From positions 1-32,000 of the forward strand of contig OY781061.1 of NCBI GenBank assembly GCA_963676515.1: DNA of 32,000 nt. The letters are read 5' to 3'. Positions 1 to 12,140 of the stretch are shown here, piece by piece (the first letter of the stretch is position 1; each line of letters starts with the position of its first letter). The notes under the pieces are model-generated. The model was not told the origin of the DNA. It did no database searches and was given only the letters and a program-made list of their open reading frames with translations. Origin of the DNA: Candidatus Cloacimonadota bacterium. Lineage in GTDB: Bacteria; Cloacimonadota; Cloacimonadia; G963667145. Made by a program: the position numbers and the translations under genes.

Positions 1-793
<793 letters not shown>

Positions 794-1066
794 TCAGCGG
801 GACTTTAGAAACCACAGATAAACACGGATGACTGTCCCTTGATAGCATCGTGTGGAGAATGGATTCCCGTTTTCACGGGAATGAGGACTGGTGAGAGAGA
901 GGAGCGAGTGGTGAGTAAACACAATGATTGATGGAGACACAAAGCAGACGATGAGCGAGAATAAGAACGAGTGGCAACACATGGCGAGTGGTGTGCAGGA
1001 ATGGGGACTGGTGGTGTGCTTCCTTGCCTTGCTTCCCTCATCCTCGCGAAAGCAGGGATTCAAGGG
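794..1066. repeat. Composite repeat, copy A: truncated REP-like 3' half (ttcagcg), linker, ATTCCCG-N6-CGGGAAT hairpin (863-882), about 1.5 units of a 120-bp purine-rich tandem repeat, and a terminal inverted degenerate hairpin (1040-1059)
   Basis: Direct alignment by eye to 1551-1976. Unit-start motif GGAATGRGGRYTGGTG occurs at 878 and 998, exactly 120 bp apart. The two end hairpins are inverted relative to each other. Confidence 0.85.
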
Positions 1067-1146
1067 CGGGGATGGGCTAACAAATACTTAAAGCAGGAAG
1101 CGTTAAATTCGTTGACCGCCTGAAACAAATGGCTGTGCAAGGAACT

Positions 1147-1169
1147 GTAGGGACGCAAAATTTTGCGTC
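1147..1169 (+). repeat. REP-like element 1: GTAG tetranucleotide (1147-1150) followed by the perfect 18-bp palindrome GACGCAAAATTTTGCGTC (1152-1169)
   Basis: The palindrome was read directly. The same ~40-nt block (ctgtagRgacgcaaaattttgcgtcttcagcgtgcg) recurs at 1526-1561. Confidence 0.8.
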
Positions 1170-1243
1170 TTCAGCGTGCGAGGAAGGTTTAGAATTTAGC
1201 TTACGGCTTTGGTATTTTGACCGTATGCTTTGTTTCGTATGCA

Positions 1244-1265
1244 TTCCCAAGCTGGAGCTTGGGAA
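1244..1265. repeat. Perfect hairpin TTCCCAAGCT-GG-AGCTTGGGAA (10-bp arms)
   Basis: Read directly. It is immediately followed by GAGGGG-AAA-CCCCTC (1267-1281), which overlaps an alternative pairing CCTCT/AGAGG (1278-1293). Confidence 0.8.
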
Positions 1266-1320
1266 CGAGGGGAAACCCCTCTGATAAGAGAGGATGCCTG
1301 CTTTTTATCTTTCAGCTGGA

Positions 1321-1358
1321 CTCCATCTTTTCTTTGAACGCTCAACGAAAAGATAGAG
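1321..1358. other. Long imperfect stem-loop (12-bp outer stem with 1 mismatch plus a 4-bp inner stem TTGA/TCAA)
   Basis: CTCCATCTTTTC (1321-1332) pairs with GAAAAGATAGAG (1347-1358). Inner TTGA (1334-1337) pairs with TCAA (1342-1345). Confidence 0.6.
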
Positions 1359-1527
1359 GAGAAAAGAAAACCGCTCCGCTTCAATCCGCCAGAGACATGG
1401 CGTGAGGAGTTTACAGCGTTCGTGGTGGAGAGCACCTCCGAGATTTGTTCTTAGCTATCCATTTCCGATTGCTAGCGTTGCAATGCCAAAGACGACTGAC
1501 TGTGTCTCTGGCTCTGCCCGTGAAGCT

Positions 1528-1550
1528 GTAGAGACGCAAAATTTTGCGTC
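1528..1550 (+). repeat. REP-like element 2: GTAG (1528-1531) followed by the perfect 18-bp palindrome GACGCAAAATTTTGCGTC (1533-1550)
   Basis: Identical palindrome and flanks to 1147-1187, in the same orientation. Confidence 0.8.
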
Positions 1551-1976
1551 TTCAGCGTGCGGGAGAATGACAGTGACCACGGATGGACACAGATGAGGGC
1601 GTGTAGTAGAACTGCCCTGCCCCTGTCCCTTGATAGCATCGTGTGGGAGAATGGATTCCCGCTTTCGCGGGAATGAGGGCTGGTGGGAGAGAGGAACGAG
1701 TGGTGAGCAAACACAATGGGTGATGGAGACAGAAAGCAGACGATGAGCGAGAATAAGAACGAGTGATGCTATAAGAATGGTAATGAGCAGGGATGAGGGC
1801 TGGTGAGAGAGAGGAACAAGTGGTGAGTAAACACAATGATTGATGGAGACACAAAGCAGACGATGAGCGAGAATAAGAACGAGTGGTAACACAAGGCGTG
1901 CGGTGTGCAGGAATGGGGATTGGTGGTGTGCTTCTTTGCCTTGCTTCCCTCATCCTCGCGGAAGCGGGAATCCAAG
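1551..1976. repeat. Composite repeat, copy B: linker, ATTCCCGC-N4-GCGGGAAT hairpin (1655-1674), about 2.5 units of the 120-bp tandem repeat, and a terminal inverted hairpin (1952-1971)
   Basis: Unit-start motif at 1670, 1790 and 1910, exactly 120 bp apart. Lines 1681-1764 and 1801-1884 differ at only 6 positions. It is collinear with copy A except for one extra unit and a ~25-nt insertion near 1597-1621. Confidence 0.85.
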
Positions 1977-2021
1977 GTTGGGTTGGGTTCGCTTACGATT
2001 GATAATCACCTTATTTTTCAG

Positions 2022-2050
2022 TTGACACGGTGATAGGTACGCTTAGTTTG
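2022..2050 (+). promoter_or_regulatory. Candidate sigma-70-type promoter for the PPC-domain gene (TTGACA-N16-TAGTTT)
   Basis: TTGACA at 2022-2027 and TAGTTT at 2044-2049, about 30 nt upstream of the RBS GAGGAGG. Motif reading only. Confidence 0.3.
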
Positions 2051-2080
2051 GTTTGAAGATTTTACAGAGGAGGTTGTAAG

Positions 2081-2506
2081 ATGTTGAAAGAACTAAAATT
2101 AGGCAGGACATTTGTGGGCAGAGTGGCACAGGGAAAGGATGCACTTGATTCTATTACCGCATTTGCCCAAGAGCAAAACATAGTTTTAGGCAAAGTTAGC
2201 GGTATCGGAGCTTTGGAAAAGGTGACTATCGGCTATTTCGATGGCAAGCAGTACCATTACAAGAGCTTTGCTGAACCTGTAGAGGTGGCATCTTTGGAGG
2301 GGAATATTTCTCTGAAAGATGGCAGAGTGTTTGCACATTTGCATGTAAATGTTGCCGACAAAAATTTCAACTCTTATGGTGGACATTTGGCAGCCTCAGA
2401 AGTTTTTTGTTTGGAGTTTGTCATCCAAGAGTATTTGGGCGAAGAGTACACGAGGCAAGAAGATCAAGAGATTCCCTTGTCGGTGTGGAGCAAGAAGATT
2501 TATTAA
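2081..2506 (+). CDS. PPC (DUF296) domain protein, putative DNA-binding
   Basis: 141 aa with the family layout GR.F..R...G.D....I..F......I..G.V.GIGAL..V.IGYFD....Y......E.VE..SL.GNIS........HLH....D......GGHL. A strong RBS GAGGAGG lies upstream. Confidence 0.8.
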   Translation: MLKELKLGRTFVGRVAQGKDALDSITAFAQEQNIVLGKVSGIGALEKVTIGYFDGKQYHYKSFAEPVEVASLEGNISLKDGRVFAHLHVNVADKNFNSYGGHLAASEVFCLEFVIQEYLGEEYTRQEDQEIPLSVWSKKIY

Positions 2507-2539
2507 AAAAAGATTAAGAAATATAAGGAATTTTAGATT

Positions 2540-3517
2540 ATGGATATGAATTCGATGCACGATTTGATTACGCATTTGCCACAACATATATACAATGGTT
2601 ATCACAATGTGAGCGTGCCTGCTCAAAAGGGCAGTGTAGATAAGCTGGTGATCTGTGGAATGGGAGGCTCAGGCATAGCTGGACACATCATCGCTGGGGC
2701 TTACGGTGATAAGTTCCCTGTGAGAGTGGCTAGTGACTACAGCCCTGGGTATGTGGACGAACGGACATTGCTCATCGCGGTCTCTTACTCGGGCAATACA
2801 GAGGAGACCTTGGCTTGCTACATGGCAGCTCAAGAGCGGACAAAGAACATCGCAGGAGTAACCACAGGTGGCGAGCTGGAGAAGCTGATGGCAGGCAAGT
2901 ACCCACTAGTCAAACTGCAAGAGGGCTTCCCACCAAGAGCGGCGGTAGCTTATCTATTTGGTGCGGTGCACAAGATATTAGAGGCGTATGGCTTAGCAGC
3001 GAGCATCGAGCAAGAGATAAGTGCTACTACCAGCCAGTTGGCAGGGAAAGTGGAGGCTGTCTTCGAGGAATCGTCACTGGAGCAAAATCTCGCTAAACAG
3101 ATTGCTGTGAAGCTCAAAGGCAAGATAGCGGTGGTGTATGCTAGCCAGCCAGCTTATGGGTGTGCAGCTTACAGGATGAAGTGCCAGATAAACGAAAACG
3201 CCAATTCGCCAGCTTTTTGGCACAATTTCCCCGAGATGAATCATAACGAGATTGAGGGTTATTACCACCAAGATTTGCCGATAATGCCTGTGTTTTTGCT
3301 AGATTTCGAGTTGGAGCAGAGGTATCAGAAAAGGATAGACATCTTCTCTAAGCTGATAGATGAAAAGATCGAGATATACGCCGAGGGTAAATCGTATATC
3401 GAAAAAGTTTTTTCACTCATTTTTATCGGAGATATGGTGAGTTACTATTTGGCTCTGGAAAACGGTGTGGATCCTTTTGCTATCGAGAACATTATGTTTT
3501 TGAAAAAAAATCTTTAA
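2540..3517 (+). CDS. Bifunctional phosphoglucose/phosphomannose isomerase family protein (SIS domain)
   Basis: 325 aa. Contains SIS motifs ICGMGGSGIAGHI and AVSYSGNTEETL. The length and C-terminal half are typical of the PGI/PMI family. Confidence 0.8.
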   Translation: MDMNSMHDLITHLPQHIYNGYHNVSVPAQKGSVDKLVICGMGGSGIAGHIIAGAYGDKFPVRVASDYSPGYVDERTLLIAVSYSGNTEETLACYMAAQERTKNIAGVTTGGELEKLMAGKYPLVKLQEGFPPRAAVAYLFGAVHKILEAYGLAASIEQEISATTSQLAGKVEAVFEESSLEQNLAKQIAVKLKGKIAVVYASQPAYGCAAYRMKCQINENANSPAFWHNFPEMNHNEIEGYYHQDLPIMPVFLLDFELEQRYQKRIDIFSKLIDEKIEIYAEGKSYIEKVFSLIFIGDMVSYYLALENGVDPFAIENIMFLKKNL

Positions 3518-3531
3518 GGCTAGGGTTTTAG

Positions 3532-6830
<3,299 letters not shown>

Positions 6831-6834
<4 letters not shown>

Positions 6835-7415
6835 ATCATCGCCTTTTTTAAAATATTTTGGATAATCTCTACTGTTGTTTCGGTGGTGGTGTTTCCCATA
6901 TCCAAAACCAAATCGGCTACCTCTAAATACCAATCTAAGCGAGAATCGAAAAGCACTTTCATCTTGGCTACATCTTGCGAGAAGAGCGGTCTTTTCTTGT
7001 CGTTTTCCACCCTCTTGCAAGCTACTGCTGGCGGCAAATAAAGGAAGATGTTGTAGTAGTTCGCTTTTAGCTCTGAGCGTGCTTCTGCTATGGTGATTAC
7101 TCCGCCACCAGTAGCAAGGCAGATAGGCGTAGGCTCTTTAGCTATTTCTTTGAGCAAAGTTAGCTCCAGATTTCTGAATCTTGCTTCTCCAAAGTTTTTG
7201 AAGATATCGTAAATTTTGAGCATAGCCCTTTTTTCGACAAGGAAATCCAGATCAAGTGCTTGTCGCCCGAGAGCGTTGCAGATAGTCGTCTTGCCAGCAC
7301 CCATAAATCCCACAAGGCTAAGATGTTTTTTATTTGCGGGTAAAGAAACAAAAGGGGCGTTATCGCCCCCTCTGATTTTTAGTTTGTTAAATTTTTCGAG
7401 TTGTTTTTCGGTCAT
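6831..7415 (-). CDS. aroK: Shikimate kinase with a ~30-aa N-terminal extension
   Basis: Walker A LVGFMGAGKTT, the motif IF...GE..FR..E, and ATGGG. The start lies 1 nt after the metK stop (TAGAATG). Confidence 0.85.
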
Positions 7416-7416
7416 T

Positions 7417-8565
7417 CTATTTTACAGACTGTTTTAGTTTCTCCACCATATCTGTGGCTTCCCAAGGGAACTCTGCACGACCGAAGTGACCGTAAGCTGC
7501 AGTAGCAGCGTAAATAGGTCTTTTCAGATCGAGATGTTTTATTAGCTCAGCTGGTTTGAGAGGGAATATCTTTTTTACAGCTTCTACTATCTTTTCATCG
7601 GCGATGGAGCCAGTGCCGAAGGTGTCCACTAGCACAGAGACAGGGTCTGCCACTCCGATAGCGTATGCAAGCTGCACTTCGCATCTGTCCGCCAAGTCGG
7701 CTGCGACGATGTTTTTGGAGATGTATCTTGCCATGTAGGAGGCACTGCGGTCAACTTTGGATGGGTCTTTGCCGCTGAAGCATCCTCCACCGTGGCTACC
7801 TTTGCCTCCATAGGTGTCCACTATTATCTTGCGTCCAGTCAGACCTGTGTCGGCGTGTGGTCCGCCCAAGACAAATCTGCCTGTAGGGTTGATGTGGATT
7901 TTTGTGTCACTGTCAATTAAATTTTTGCCGATAACTGGCTGGATAATTTTTGCTAAGATATCTTTGCGGATTTGTTCCAGACTCACTTCTGGATCGTGCT
8001 GAGTGGAGACAACCACTGCTTCCACGCGGACGGGCTTGTCTTCTTTATATTCCACGGTTACTTGCGATTTGCCGTCGGGGCGTAAGTAGCTGAGCTCTCC
8101 AGATTTGCGAACCTCAGAAAGTTTTTTGGTCAATTTGTGGCTGAGCATTATCGGTAAGGGCATCAGCTCGGGAGTCTCTTTGCAGGCGTAACCGAACATC
8201 ATTCCTTGGTCGCCAGCTCCTTGCTCATGCTTGGTGTACTCGTCCACACCCATAGCGATGTCTCGTGACTGTTTGTCTATGGTGGTCATTACGGCACAAG
8301 TTCTGGCATCTATTCCGTAGTCGGCATTGGTGTAGCCAATCTTCCTCAGGGTGTCGCGTACCACAGTAGAGATGTCCACATAGCAACTGGTGGTGATTTC
8401 TCCTCCCACAAGTGCCATCCCTGTAGTCACGAAAGTTTCGCAGGCGACGCGTGCTTCAGAGTCTTGGGTTAAGATTGCATCAAGAATTGAATCTGAGATT
8501 TGGTCACAAATCTTATCAGGGTGACCTTCGGTTACAGATTCGCTGGTGAAAAAATAGTTTGTCAT
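7417..8565 (-). CDS. metK: S-adenosylmethionine synthetase
   Basis: FTSESV.EGHPDK.CDQ.SD, GAGDQG.MFGYA, and GGGAFSGKD-like [16 protein letters not shown] motifs along the full length (382 aa). Confidence 0.97.
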   Translation of the reverse strand: MTNYFFTSESVTEGHPDKICDQISDSILDAILTQDSEARVACETFVTTGMALVGGEITTSCYVDISTVVRDTLRKIGYTNADYGIDARTCAVMTTIDKQSRDIAMGVDEYTKHEQGAGDQGMMFGYACKETPELMPLPIMLSHKLTKKLSEVRKSGELSYLRPDGKSQVTVEYKEDKPVRVEAVVVSTQHDPEVSLEQIRKDILAKIIQPVIGKNLIDSDTKIHINPTGRFVLGGPHADTGLTGRKIIVDTYGGKGSHGGGCFSGKDPSKVDRSASYMARYISKNIVAADLADRCEVQLAYAIGVADPVSVLVDTFGTGSIADEKIVEAVKKIFPLKPAELIKHLDLKRPIYAATAAYGHFGRAEFPWEATDMVEKLKQSVK

Positions 8566-8701
8566 CTAAAATCTCCTTTTTAGCTTTTTTTTGTTGTTGC
8601 GGTGCAATATGGATCAAATCCCCGCAACTCTTTACTTAACAATCAATTATCTCGTGATAATTGCTCTTATTTTCCTCAAAAAAAGATTTCGTTAATTTGA
8701 G

Positions 8702-10315
8702 TCAATATTTTTTTCTGCTTTTTCTTTTAGGTCGATCACTAAATTGTCCTCTGTTGGACAAAGGTGTAACTTTGATAGGCAGATGAGCAAAACTTTTTGT
8801 ATTTAGTTTTTCGATCACCTTTTGCACCACTTTTCTATCAACCTCTAGTTCAGTTTTTTTTTCGTAAATATCTATTCGTCCTATCTCTACGCTTCTTTGT
8901 ACGCTTTTGATAAGATTAAAAAGGTCAGCTTTTTCAAAATCGTCATTTTTCCCGAGGTTGATTTTGATTTTGCTAAATCTTACTTTGGGAGCAGCGTTGA
9001 GGTCGGGTAATTTATGGTAATGACTCCAGAGTCTACTTAGTTGCATACCGACGAAAGATCTGATGAGCTCTTCTTTGGAAAAACGAGAAAACTCGAGGTA
9101 GGCAGCTTGGGCGAACTGGTCTAGTTGCTCGTCTACTTGGAAATCTTCTAAAGTTTTGCTCAATTCCATGAGTCTATTTTGACAAACTTCATCGCCAGAG
9201 GGTATCCGCTGAAACTCGATGGGAAGCCCTAACATCTTTTGGATAGTATCTATTTTTCTTTTCTCTTTTTGTCCGACGATGGAGACGCATATTCCTTTCT
9301 TGCCTGCTCTGCCAGTCCGCCCACTACGATGGACATATATTTCTGTGTCGTCTGGTAGTGCGTAATTGATGATGTGTGTGAGGTCTTTGACATCTATTCC
9401 ACGAGCGGCAACATCTGTAGCGATGAGCAATTTTAGATTTTTACTGCGAAATTTTTTCATCACTAACTCTCGCTGAGGCTGAGACATATCTCCATTGAAA
9501 GCTTCTACACGGTAGCCCAGCTTTTGCAATGCCATGCAGATATCTACTGTGTCTCGTTTGGTTCTGCAAAAAACAATGCCGTAAATGCCCGCGAAGTTGT
9601 CTAAGATTCTGGAGAGTACAGCGGTTTTTTGTTTGCCAGAGCAAAGATGGTAGTAATGTTGTACATTCATAACACCTTGATTTTGCTTGCCGATAGTTAC
9701 CTTGAGTGGATTTTTCAGATATTTGTTTGATGCTAGGCGTTCTACTTGTTTGTTCATCGTAGCAGAAAAAAGAAGCACCCTTTTTTCAGGATTGGTGAAA
9801 GACAAAATCTCTTCTAACTCTTCTTGGAAACCCATGTCTAGCATTTGGTCAGCTTCGTCTAGCACCAAGCATTTGATGCTGGAGAGGTTGAGTCTACGGC
9901 GATTGAGGAAATCCAGAGTCCTGCCTGGAGTACCTACGACCACTGCTGGATGCGTAGCTAGTGCATCTATTTGTTTTTTTATGTCGCCTCCACCGAAAAG
10001 GCTAATAACCTTAAATCCGCGGGAGTTTATTGAATAATCTTTTAGCTCTTGGCAAATTTGTTGCACTAACTCACGGGTGGGAGCTAAGATTAAGTATTGT
10101 ACTTTTTTTTCTTTGGGGTCAAAAGACTGAATCATCGGCAGACCGAAAGTGGCGGTTTTGCCAGAGCCTGTCTGGGACAGGACTATAAGGTGTTGGTCTG
10201 ATTCCAAGACCATCGGTATCACTTTAGACTGTACTTCGGTGGGTGTGATAAACCCCAACTTGTTTATAGTGGATAAAATCTCTTGATTTAATCCTAATTG
10301 ATCAAAATTCGGCAC
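8702..10315 (-). CDS. DEAD-box ATP-dependent RNA helicase with C-terminal DbpA-like RNA-binding domain
   Basis: Q-motif (F..LGL......I...GF..PT.VQ), Walker A SQTGSGKT, DEAD (VLDEAD), SAT, and HRSGRTGRAG. The C-terminal ~80 aa resemble the DbpA RBD and end in a basic tail. Confidence 0.92.
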   Translation of the reverse strand: MPNFDQLGLNQEILSTINKLGFITPTEVQSKVIPMVLESDQHLIVLSQTGSGKTATFGLPMIQSFDPKEKKVQYLILAPTRELVQQICQELKDYSINSRGFKVISLFGGGDIKKQIDALATHPAVVVGTPGRTLDFLNRRRLNLSSIKCLVLDEADQMLDMGFQEELEEILSFTNPEKRVLLFSATMNKQVERLASNKYLKNPLKVTIGKQNQGVMNVQHYYHLCSGKQKTAVLSRILDNFAGIYGIVFCRTKRDTVDICMALQKLGYRVEAFNGDMSQPQRELVMKKFRSKNLKLLIATDVAARGIDVKDLTHIINYALPDDTEIYVHRSGRTGRAGKKGICVSIVGQKEKRKIDTIQKMLGLPIEFQRIPSGDEVCQNRLMELSKTLEDFQVDEQLDQFAQAAYLEFSRFSKEELIRSFVGMQLSRLWSHYHKLPDLNAAPKVRFSKIKINLGKNDDFEKADLFNLIKSVQRSVEIGRIDIYEKKTELEVDRKVVQKVIEKLNTKSFAHLPIKVTPLSNRGQFSDRPKRKSRKKY

Positions 10316-10587
10316 TAATTCTCCTTAAAATGGGTTTGTTTATATATAAATTAACTTTCTGATTTTTAATAATTTACTAGTTGTAAACTTTTGACAAGTG
10401 TAAATGTGTCAAACTATTTCCTTTTTGTAGGCGATAGCTTCGCTTGAAGGTAAAAAGAAGCAATGCTTAGCTTTGCTATTTTGCCCAAGGTAGCGTGCAA
10501 ATCTTCTACAACATTATGGTTGACATCATCTTAAGCAATTTAAATTTGCAAAGGGTACAATCAACTGAAAAAGGAAGTTTAAAAAAA

Positions 10588-11352
10588 ATGTTAGCCACGA
10601 GAATAATTCCTTGCCTGGATGTAGAAGATGGCAGAGTGGTAAAAGGTACAGGTTTCAAAGAGATAAAAGACGCTGGTGATCCGCTGGAACTAGCACGAAA
10701 GTACTATTTGCAGGGAGCTGACGAGCTGACTTTCTTGGACATCGGTGCTACTTACAAAAGCAAGCAGACACTTTTGGAGGTCGTGCGTAAGATTGCCAAA
10801 GTGGTGTTCATTCCCCTTACCGTAGGTGGTGGTATTCGCTCGGTGGACGATATCCGCCAAGCACTGCTAGCTGGGGCGGACAAGGTGAGCATCTGCTCGG
10901 CTGCGATAAAAAATCCACGCTTAATAAAGGAAGGTGCTGACATATACGGTAGTCAGTGTATCGTGCTTTCTGTGGATGCGAAGAGGGTTGGCGACAACAG
11001 TTGGCACTGCTTTACGGCTGGAGGACGAGTAGATACGGGCTACGATGTGTTGGAATGGGTGCAAGAGGCCATCGGGCTTGGAGCAGGCGAAATATTGCTG
11101 AACTCGATAGATGCTGATGGCACTGGCGATGGTTACGATCTAGAACTAACAAAAAGAGTGGAGGAGGTATCTTCCGTGCCAGTGATAGCCTCAGGTGGTG
11201 CAGGCAAGCTGGAGCACTTCAAGCAAGGCATTATCAAAGGGAGAGCGGACGCACTCCTGTTAGCTTCGCTTTTGCATTACGACAAGATGACCATACCCCA
11301 GATAAAGAAATATCTCAGTGGACAAGGACTGAATGTCCGACAAGGAGTTTAG
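10588..11352 (+). CDS. hisF: Imidazole glycerol phosphate synthase cyclase subunit HisF
   Basis: [20 protein letters not shown]...TVGGGIRS...GADKVSI.SAA...SVDAK...[18 protein letters not shown]...IASGGAG matches canonical HisF, including both catalytic Asp contexts. I prefer ATG 10588 (RBS AAAGGAAG at 10570-10577) to the track's GTG 10495, whose extra 31 aa look like non-coding read-through. Confidence 0.9.
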   Translation: MLATRIIPCLDVEDGRVVKGTGFKEIKDAGDPLELARKYYLQGADELTFLDIGATYKSKQTLLEVVRKIAKVVFIPLTVGGGIRSVDDIRQALLAGADKVSICSAAIKNPRLIKEGADIYGSQCIVLSVDAKRVGDNSWHCFTAGGRVDTGYDVLEWVQEAIGLGAGEILLNSIDADGTGDGYDLELTKRVEEVSSVPVIASGGAGKLEHFKQGIIKGRADALLLASLLHYDKMTIPQIKKYLSGQGLNVRQGV

Positions 11353-11354
11353 AG

Positions 11355-12128
11355 ATGATAGACTATAGTATATTGCAGAAGAAGCTCTTCTTATTCGCGG
11401 GACCTTGCGTTCTGGAGAGTTTGGATATGGGAAGAAGAGTTGCCGAGTACCTTTTGGAGAAAGCACCTTGTCCTGTGATTTTCAAGGCGTCCTTTGAAAA
11501 AGCTAACCGCACCAGCTCTGATTCTTATCAAGGACCTGGTTTGGAGCAAGGGCTCACCAATTTGCAAAAGATTAAGCAGGAGTTTGATTTGCCGATAGTC
11601 ACAGACATCCACCTGCCTGAACAAGCCAAGGTTGTGGCAGAGGTAGCGGATATTTTGCAGATACCAGCTTTCTTATCGCGACAGACAGCTCTATTGCAAG
11701 CAGCAGCAGCTACGGGCAAGATAATCAACATCAAAAAAGCCCAATTTATGGCAGCGGAAGATATGCAGGGAGCTATCGGGAAGTGTGGTGACAACAAAAA
11801 TCTCCTGCTCACCGAGAGGGGAACGAGCTTTGGTTATCACAATCTGGTGGTCGATTTTAGGAACTTCATCAAGTTGCAATCTTTTGGTTATCCTGTAGTT
11901 TACGATGTAACGCACTCTATGCAAGAGCCATCTAGTGGCAAGACTAGCGGTGGCACTCCACAATACGCTTTGCCTCTGGCAGCTGCGGCTCTGGCTACTG
12001 GAGCGGTGTCGGGGCTTTTCGTGGAAGCTCATCCCCAGCCGAGCAAGGCTTTGTGTGATGCCAGCACGATGCTGGATTTTGCTAAGCTAGACGCTTTATT
12101 TGATATTATCAGAAAATACCAGAAATAA
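11355..12128 (+). CDS. kdsA: 2-dehydro-3-deoxyphosphooctonate (KDO-8-P) aldolase
   Basis: LFAGPCV.ES, FKASF.KANR.S..S..G.G, TD.H...Q, IPAFL.RQT, KKAQF, ERG..FGY..LV.D, and DVTHS motifs. Confidence 0.93.
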   Translation: MIDYSILQKKLFLFAGPCVLESLDMGRRVAEYLLEKAPCPVIFKASFEKANRTSSDSYQGPGLEQGLTNLQKIKQEFDLPIVTDIHLPEQAKVVAEVADILQIPAFLSRQTALLQAAAATGKIINIKKAQFMAAEDMQGAIGKCGDNKNLLLTERGTSFGYHNLVVDFRNFIKLQSFGYPVVYDVTHSMQEPSSGKTSGGTPQYALPLAAAALATGAVSGLFVEAHPQPSKALCDASTMLDFAKLDALFDIIRKYQK

Positions 12129-12140
12129 GAGGAAAGAGAA

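Noticed and set aside
1176-1200. Group II intron 5' end, because GTGCG follows each REP-like palindrome
   Set aside because: Only the pentamer matches. There is no domain V/VI-like structure, no intron-encoded protein, and the pentamer is simply part of the repeated REP flank.
794-1975. Five overlapping minus-strand ORFs from the track (794-1063, 805-1041, 1455-1892, 1472-1714, 1552-1953, 1769-1975) with 40-aa internal repeats. The 120-bp period is a multiple of 3, so a repetitive protein was considered.
   Set aside because: All three minus frames are open simultaneously, as expected for a pyrimidine-rich strand lacking stop-codon purines. The peptides are low-complexity (S/L/P/H/C-rich). 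None has an RBS. The six differences between repeat units (1686, 1698, 1708, 1719, 1720, 1732) do not concentrate at the third codon position of any frame. The ORFs run through REP-like palindromes.
794-1976. Diversity-generating retroelement (template/variable repeat pair)
   Set aside because: Differences between copies are G/A, C/T and G/C changes in both directions rather than adenine-specific. Neither copy lies at the 3' end of a CDS, and no reverse transcriptase is present.
8596-8628. Calling the metK leader hairpin a SAM-II/SAM-V or SAM/SAH riboswitch
   Set aside because: I could not identify the required pseudoknot between the loop and the 3' tail or SD, nor the conserved nucleotides I remember for those classes. 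It is kept only as an unassigned structured leader.
10495-10587. GTG 10495 as the hisF start (31 extra N-terminal residues)
   Set aside because: The extension ([31 protein letters not shown]) covers promoter-like sequence and has no HisF counterpart. ATG 10588 gives the canonical [11 protein letters not shown] start with an RBS.
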